Source of the DNA: Octopus vulgaris
Taxonomy: Eukaryota
DNA: 64,000 nucleotides
Assembly (NCBI GenBank): GCA_951406725.2
Contig: OX597825.1
Location: 11,966,001 to 12,030,000 of the forward strand
Direction of reading: 5' to 3'
Of the stretch, positions 55,288 to 64,000 are shown one piece after another. Below the pieces are notes generated by a model that made no database searches, had not been told where the DNA came from, and saw only the letters and a list, made by a program, of their open reading frames with translations. Position numbers and translations under genes: made by a program. The number at the start of each line of letters is the position of its first letter. Position 1 is the first letter of the stretch.

Positions 55288-56793
55288 ACATCTATATATA
55301 TATATATTGATAAAAACGGTAAGATAACATATATATATATATGAGTATACACACACAGAAAAACCCGCATGTGTGATATAGATATACACACCTTAAAATA
55401 CTCAGATGTGTCTGTACGTCCTTTGTGTGAGGCATTAATGAACATTATGTGTTTGTATCTATTTGTAATTATAGGTCTGACATAATTGTATAAAGTTTTT
55501 GTTAAAGTAATTACTATATTTGAATTATAGGTGTTTGTAAGATCACATTAAGAGCAGTAATCCTTTTATAACTATATTTCCTGAACTTAATGCATGCTCC
55601 GTTTTTAGCACTCACTCATAACTAAACGTTACTTTTATTCTCCTTCATCAATTTACGTACGTGTATTACCTTCATACACATCAAATTTAAAGAAGTCCTT
55701 GGAACTTAAGTTCGGTTTGTAATGAGGCTTCTACCCCGAACGTAAAAATCTATGGGAGAGACGCTTCGATATTTTTTCTCTCTTTCTATACGAATTAAGT
55801 CACTTAGTTTATACATAAGATGAAAGAGTTTCAAAGTAGATGCGGTATGGAGAATTAAGATCTGGGCAAAAGTCTAAGTTAGAAAACCGAAATTACGATG
55901 TATGGCTAGCGTGAAATCCGAGCCCAAGACAAAACAAATGCAATACTCCTTTCCGGAAAATCATTGCAATTGATTCTACATCGTGGAGATGAACGATAAG
56001 GAATCTGGCGATGGATCTTGAAGTTAGTTGCATTAAGCCGGCAACTTGAAACCATTTCGAATATTCGCATTGCAGCTTAATCTAGGTAAGGCTCATAAGA
56101 TTAGCCATTTAAAGACAAGAAATGGAAAATCATTGACGATCAAGAGATAATGTGTGATTTCTTTGCCTTCACTTAGTGAGGCATACATGGACATTTGAAC
56201 CAATTCAATTCGGCTGTCATACGATCTGGAGCTGAAACACTCGAGAGTGACCTGACTAACAAATAAATGATAATAATGAAATAACAAATATTATTTCACT
56301 TAACATAGATAAATAAACGATAATAAATCATATTATTCATGACAAATGACACCAGTCGATTCACAGGAAAATATTTGAAATTATGAACAAAATGATAAAT
56401 CGTTTTCTCTTTGGCGGGATCCCTTCTACAAATAAAAGAAATTAATGGGAATAATGCAATTGTGGTTGTTTGCTGATAATTGAACATTGACTGAGATACT
56501 TTGACAGTGCAATATTTGTTATGTTGCATCTACCTCCTATGATCTGTCATACGTTCTCACATTGTCACTACGATCACAAACGTATAAACTCACCCCTCTC
56601 TCTGTCCCTCGTTCTATTTATCTATTTATCTCTACAGAGAGAGAAAGTAGGAGAGGCAGATTGAGAAAGGAAAAGAGAGAGGGGAATAAGTGAGAGTGGA
56701 AGTGAGCTAGAGCTACAATCATATGATGTGTCAAGAATCTTCTGAGAATTACTGTAGATTATGAAAAAACTTCAAAATATCATTAATGTTTCT

Positions 56794-57625
56794 AAGACGG
56801 TGAGCTGACAGAATAGTTAGCATGCCGGACCAAATGTTCAGCGACATTTCGTCCATCTTTACGTTCTGGGTTCAAATACCTTCAGAGAAGATTTTGTTTC
56901 CCAAACACCGGGTTTGATAAAATAAGTATCTGTCGAATTGCTGGCCTTGTACCAAAAGTTGAAAACAACATCAAATTTTCTGCAAGATGGAGAGCTGGCA
57001 GAAGTGTTAGCTCGCCGGACATAATGTTTAGCAGCATTTCGTCCGTCCTTACATTCTGAGTTCAAATTCCGCCGTAGTTGATTTTGCATTTCATCCTTTC
57101 GATTTAATCGACTTAGCACCAACCAAGAATTAGTGACAAAATTTAGTGACAAAATTTGAAGCCAATATTAGACATGGTTCAAAGGCGGTGAGCCGTTAGA
57201 ATCATCATCGCACAGAGCAAAATTTTAATGGATCTTCATCCGTCCTTAACTTCTGAGTTCCAATTCCGCTGAGGTCGAATTTGCCTTTGATCCTTTCGGG
57301 GTCGATAAAATAAGAACCATTTGAGCCTTGGGATCAATGTAACCGACTTAGTCCATCCCTCAAAATTGCTGGCCTTGTGCCAAAAGTTGAAAACAACATC
57401 AAATTTTCTGCAGGATGGCGAGCTGGCAGAAGTGTTAGCTCGCCGGACAAAATGTTTAGCAGCATTTCGTCCGTCCTTACATTCTGAGTTCAAATTCCGC
57501 CGTAGTTGATTTTGCCTTTCATCCTTTTGTAGTCGATGAAATAAGAACCAGTTTAGTACCGCAACTGATGTGATAGACTTGCCCTTGGCGTAATCGAAGT
57601 TGATAGTCTTGTGCCAAAATTTCAG
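56794..57625 (+). mobile_element. Array of four head-to-tail SINE family B copies
   Basis: Heads at ~56795, ~56986, ~57183 and ~57414. Confidence 0.8.
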
Positions 57626-58539
57626 GCCTCTATTTTTGCTGTCTCTCAGTATTGTTGAAGAGATGTCAATTTAAAGACGTGTGTTTCAATATAATTTTAA
57701 ATTGAATTACTAAAGTTTCCAGTACTCTGCAGATTTTTCTCGCTTTACATAAATTATATAATCTATACGGATTCCGTTACAAATGCAGTAGTGTTAGATT
57801 CAGTCGTCCAATACTGTTGTATGATCAAAATAAATATATCGGAGCCAACACAAATTCTATTACTTGGCCATCAGCTAAATGGTAAGATAATGAGAAATTG
57901 TCTCTAGCAGAAAGAACAAACAACTAAACGTAGGACTATCAATCAACAGCAGTGTTCAGTTCGGTATTCGTATCATTATTGAAAGCATGTACATAATTTA
58001 TTTGGATTACCTCCATAACAGAACACATTTTATCGACGAGGCAATGATATTTCTCCAAATCATTTTAAAGTGAATGGAAGCATGAAGCAACGATGATATA
58101 TTGAGCTTTATCTACTGTATTTGAATCTTTGAGATTTGTTTTATATAGACTGGTGCGTGATGTTATCAGCTAGCGCTTGAATATAAATGCTTTGAGAGAC
58201 AGAAAAAGAAGAAATAAATTCAAAAAAGCCTCGAAGAAAAAGCAGTGGATTTACAGGAAACATTATAAATTACATTGAAAACGAGAAATCGTTGTTTCTT
58301 TCAGGTGATGTCTAATACAAATAAAATAAATTAATGTGAAGATTACGAAAACGAAAACGAACAAAACTATGTTTGAAGTAACTAACCGAAAACCAAGAAT
58401 TCAATAAAATAAATTGGCAGTGAAAAGTTTGTTATATCTTCTGTTTTTTCTCTCTTGTAGTGAGTTTAACGTTCTCTCACTATCTTACTATCTCTGTCTG
58501 TTGGTCTTTTTCTGCTTACTCGGTCTTCTTACATACACA

Positions 58540-58540
58540 A

Positions 58541-58635
<95 letters not shown>

Positions 58636-58686
58636 ATTTTTATCTATCTATCTTTCTTTCAATCTATCTTTCTTTCTATCTAAATT

Positions 58687-58751
<65 letters not shown>

Positions 58752-58800
58752 ATATATATATATATCTTTCTTTCTTTCTATCTATCTTTCTGTCTATCTG

Positions 58801-58875
<75 letters not shown>

Positions 58876-58884
58876 GTCTATCTG

Positions 58885-58954
<70 letters not shown>

Positions 58955-58955
58955 A
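58540..58955. repeat. (ATCT)n compound microsatellite
   Basis: Seen directly. Confidence 0.98.
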
Positions 58956-59416
58956 TCACAAATATATAATATACTCACCTGAAACTATCTTACAGATGCT
59001 TTTAATATTTACAAGTATAGAAACATAGAAAGATAGCAGCTTGAATATTCTGAAATAGTCTTGTATTTTAAAAACACAGAACAATGCAAGTTCAACATTC
59101 AACAAGGTGTTTCGATTTCATTGACTCCCTTCGGTGACAACTAATCCGGATATGAGACTTAACTCGACAAATAACTCGTTCAGTATAGAAATTGTTTGAC
59201 ATATCATTTACTAATTGTACGAAAATTAGGATAAAATAAATTACTACATATTAAACAATCTTAATTCAAAATATTGAATGGCACAACGTGCTGAGTAAAC
59301 AGACAAGCGTATCCTTAGGAAGGACGTATATTTGAGATGTTCCTCTGAGCCAACTTTCCTATACGCATTATATATATATATATATACAGAACGGTATATA
59401 TATATATAAATGTAAT

Positions 59417-59463
<47 letters not shown>

Positions 59464-59629
59464 CACACATATATATATAAATGTATATACATATATATAT
59501 ATATACATACACACATATATATATATATATAAATATATATACATATATATATAAAAATACATACATACATATGTGTATATATATCTATATATAAATACAC
59601 ATAAGCATATGTATATACACAAATACACA

Positions 59630-59848
59630 CCTACAAGGGGCTAAACACACAGAGGACAAACAAGGACAGAGAAACGGATTAAGACAATTATATCGAGCTC
59701 AGCGTGCAACTGGTACTTAATTTATCGATCCCGAAAGAATGAAAGGCAAAATCGACCTCGGAGGAATTTGAACTCTGAACGTAGCGGCAGATGAAATACC
59801 CCTAATCATTTCGTTCGGCGTGCTAACGTTTCTGCCAACTCGCCGCCT
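59630..59848 (-). mobile_element. SINE family B, tail type 2
   Basis: Reverse complement of the 26719-26949 layout. Confidence 0.85.
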
Positions 59849-60017
59849 TTGAATTGTAACGTTCGATATAATCGCGTTACAGCTGTGCACTCGTCGATAA
59901 TTATTCTGCAGCATTCTGTATGATATGCTTGGAAGTATAAGCATCAATTTCAAAAGCAACAAAAATGATGTGATCGAACATAACATAAAACCGAGTACGC
60001 AATTTATCACCACTACT

Positions 60018-60410
60018 CTTTTCCTCTTTTATATTTCACTGATTTGATTGCGGCCATGCTGGAGCAGCGCCTTTAGCCGAAGAAATCACCCCCATGACTT
60101 ATTATTTGTACGTCTAGTACTTATTCTATCGGGTTTTTGCCGAACCGCTATGTTTCGGGGACATAAACACGCCAACATCGGTTGTCAGGGGATGGTGGTG
60201 GTGGTAGTGGGACAGACACAGAATGATACATATATATACACACGACGGGCTTCTTTCAGTTTCCCTCTACCAAATCCACTCTCAAGGCTTTGGTCGGCCC
60301 GAAGTCAGCCCGAGGTTGTAGTAAACGACACTTGCCCAACTTGCCACGCAGTGAGACTGAACCCGGAACTATGTGGTTGGGAAGTAAGCTTCTTACCACA
60401 TAGCCACGCT
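60018..60410 (-). mobile_element. SINE family A, diverged
   Basis: GCGGCCATGCTGGAGCA...CTTACCACATAGCCACG. Confidence 0.8.
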
Positions 60411-60644
60411 TAGTGATGGAAGAGAAATGTGAGAATGGTCTGATTGGAAGTCAGAATATAAATGAAGGGAAAATATTGAGGGAACCACTTCGTTTGGTTT
60501 TATTTCAATCTTCAATTTATTTCATCTAACGTAATCTCTAAATATAATTTTCGCCGAAATGTAATCGGGAATGGAAAATAAACTTACGTTGTATAAAGCA
60601 AAAGTACAGAAAAATCATATACTTCCATATATAATGGGCACGCA

Positions 60645-61810
<1,166 letters not shown>

Positions 61811-63045
61811 GAGGGAGAAGAGAGAGAGAATGATATAGAAGGAAAGAGAAAATTTGATGAAATCAAAAAAGGATACGCAGAAACGGTGAAAAATGTAAGT
61901 AAATAAAAAATAAAAATGAAAAGAGAAAATAGCAAGTCGGAAAGAAATACGGAAAGAGGAAAAGAAAGATAAGACTTGTAATGAAAGGAAGAAAACGACA
62001 AAAATGATTTCTTGATCATTTTAGAATATACTGTAAACACAAATGGGGGAAAAAAAAAATGAACGAAATTGGAGAACAGCAGCAACGTAGAGCAGCCATT
62101 TCGTGATAACGTGACATGCAACGACTTTGTTAACGTACCCCTTTCACTTTTGTAATCAGTCTTAGATTGTGCTTGCACTAAACACAACCAGCTACTTTTG
62201 ACTGTGACAAGTCATAAAAATGATTTTAAAGCTCAGGGCATATTTTTTTCATTCTTTTTTTTATATTTTATTTTCTTATTTTATTTCATCCCGTCGATTT
62301 CGTCGAATAACTTAACTCCATTCAGTACCTTTTATTCACACAGCTCAGGTGGATGTTGTGTTGCGGCAGTGTTCGGAGCAGCAACATGAAATTTTATGTT
62401 ATTGTGTATTCATAGATTGATGCAGTGTTCCTCATCCAATTAGAGAACTTCTCTTTAATTGCCTCGAGCCGTACTATTGTGAGGATTTTGATCTTTTATT
62501 CGGATTTACCCAAAATACTTTTTCAATGGCCTTTTTTATAGCTAGCTTCTTGTTTCTTCAATTCTCCAACATAACAATTTAGTTACGTGCACAAATGTAG
62601 GTTGTACTTATAGCTATACGAGAACAGACGGATATAATAAACCGCACAAACTGTCACAGGTATAAGCTACAAGTTCAAACCACACACACTTTTATCTATT
62701 TGCCTTTCTCTCTCTTTACTGAAGCTGATCTCTTTCTATATCCATCTAACTCTGATAATTTATATCTGTACGGTTTATCTGGAAATTTCTATATGTGTAC
62801 AGCAAGTCATTTATATAAGGCAATTGTAGATTTTGTGTAACTATACATAGTCATGTATGCATTAATCAAGTACATTTCAAGAAGCTATGTATATTTCCTC
62901 GAACCATGGTTCATAAAATTGCCAACCGTGCATCCTACACAAAACACATGTACATATACCTGCACACATACAAGCGCACGCATACAAATTCACACACACA
63001 GATATAAGCGTACGTGTAGATGGTCCGTATGATATCAAAAGAACA

Positions 63046-63447
63046 TATTCTTTTCTACTGAAGGTACAAGCCCCAACATTTTTGGAAAGGGGACCAGTCA
63101 ATTTGATCGACCCCAGTACGCAACTAGTATTTAATTTATCGACCCAGAAAGGATGAAAAGCAAAGTCGACCTCGGCGGAATTTGAACTCCGAACATAACG
63201 GCAGAGGAAATAGCTATTTCTTTACTACCCATAAGGGGCTAAACAGAGAGAAGACAGACAAGAACAGACAAACGGATTAAGTCGATTATATCGACCCTAT
63301 TGCTTAACTGATACTTAATTTATCGACCCCAAAAGGATGAAAGGCAAAGTCGACCTCGCCGGAATTTGAACTCAGAACGTAGCGGCAGACGAAATATGGC
63401 TAAGCATTTCGTCCGGCGTGCTAACGATTCTGCCAGCTCGCCGCCTT
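63046..63447 (-). mobile_element. Dimeric SINE family B (head-body-tail2, body-tail1)
   Basis: Same junction as the 34796 trimer (AAAGAAATAG-CTATTTC on minus); imperfect flanking repeat TCAAA(A/C)GAA(C/G)AT at 63035 and 63448. Confidence 0.85.
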
Positions 63448-63757
63448 TCAAACGAAGATTTTAACGTTAAGAAGGTGGTTGTGTTAAATCTTCCGACAAA
63501 TTGAAAGTTGAGCATCAGAAACTTGTGATTTTAGGCTTGCTTGTGCAAAATCCATTATACTGAGCAGACCTATGGTAAAAGACTTTCCAGACATAATTAT
63601 CCCATCATTCTCCTGTTGTTATTCTATTTTCGGTTTTTGTTCATCCTTCGATTAATATCGATCTATGATAGTTTTGATACCTATGTTCATGGAACGGTCA
63701 TCCTCTTTTGCTTCTTTTCTTGTACAAATAAATGTTATACGAAGAACAGGCAAAATT

Positions 63758-63950
63758 TCTAGCACATCGGAAAGAAATTCTTAGTGGTATTTCTCCCGGC
63801 TTTTTACGTTCTGAGTTCAAATCCTGGCGAAGGTGAATTCTATCTCTTCGCTATAGATAAAAAAAAAAAAATAATAAAGTACTAGTCAAATACGGGCGCC
63901 AATGTAATCAACTTATTCGTCCCCTAAAAAATCACTGGCTTTGAATCTTA
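63758..63950 (+). mobile_element. Decayed SINE family B
   Basis: TTAGTGGTATTTC...TACGTTCTGAGTTCAAATCC. Confidence 0.6.
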
Positions 63951-64000
63951 CACCAGAGCGGCGTCCTATTCTATAGCACGTCGTCATCTCGGTAATTTGT

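Overview
AT-rich eukaryotic non-coding DNA (intergenic or intronic), saturated with microsatellites and transposable elements. The SINE families and repeat landscape look like an Octopus (coleoid cephalopod) genome; this is recognition, not a database result. No intact host protein-coding exon could be supported, and nearly all ORFs in the track are microsatellite or SINE artefacts. Identifiable content: three tRNA-derived SINE families in many copies; remnants of R4/Dong-like, Tx1/L1-like, RTE and Penelope-like retroelements; hAT (Charlie/SPIN-type) and Tc1 transposase relics; a Merlin-type and a Tc2/pogo-type MITE; and two non-autonomous Helitrons. Most notable: (1) several unrelated short, often fold-back, elements beside (TA)n tracts that each encode a minimal type-I hammerhead-ribozyme-like fold, including a G3:C8 covariant core and a U4C core; (2) a SINE subtype whose tail matches the 3' end of a Tx1-like LINE, inserts at similar TAT(C/T)T sites and forms concatemers; (3) a degenerate dyad minisatellite dense in STAT-like TTCNNNGAA sites. 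All alignments and folds were done by eye.
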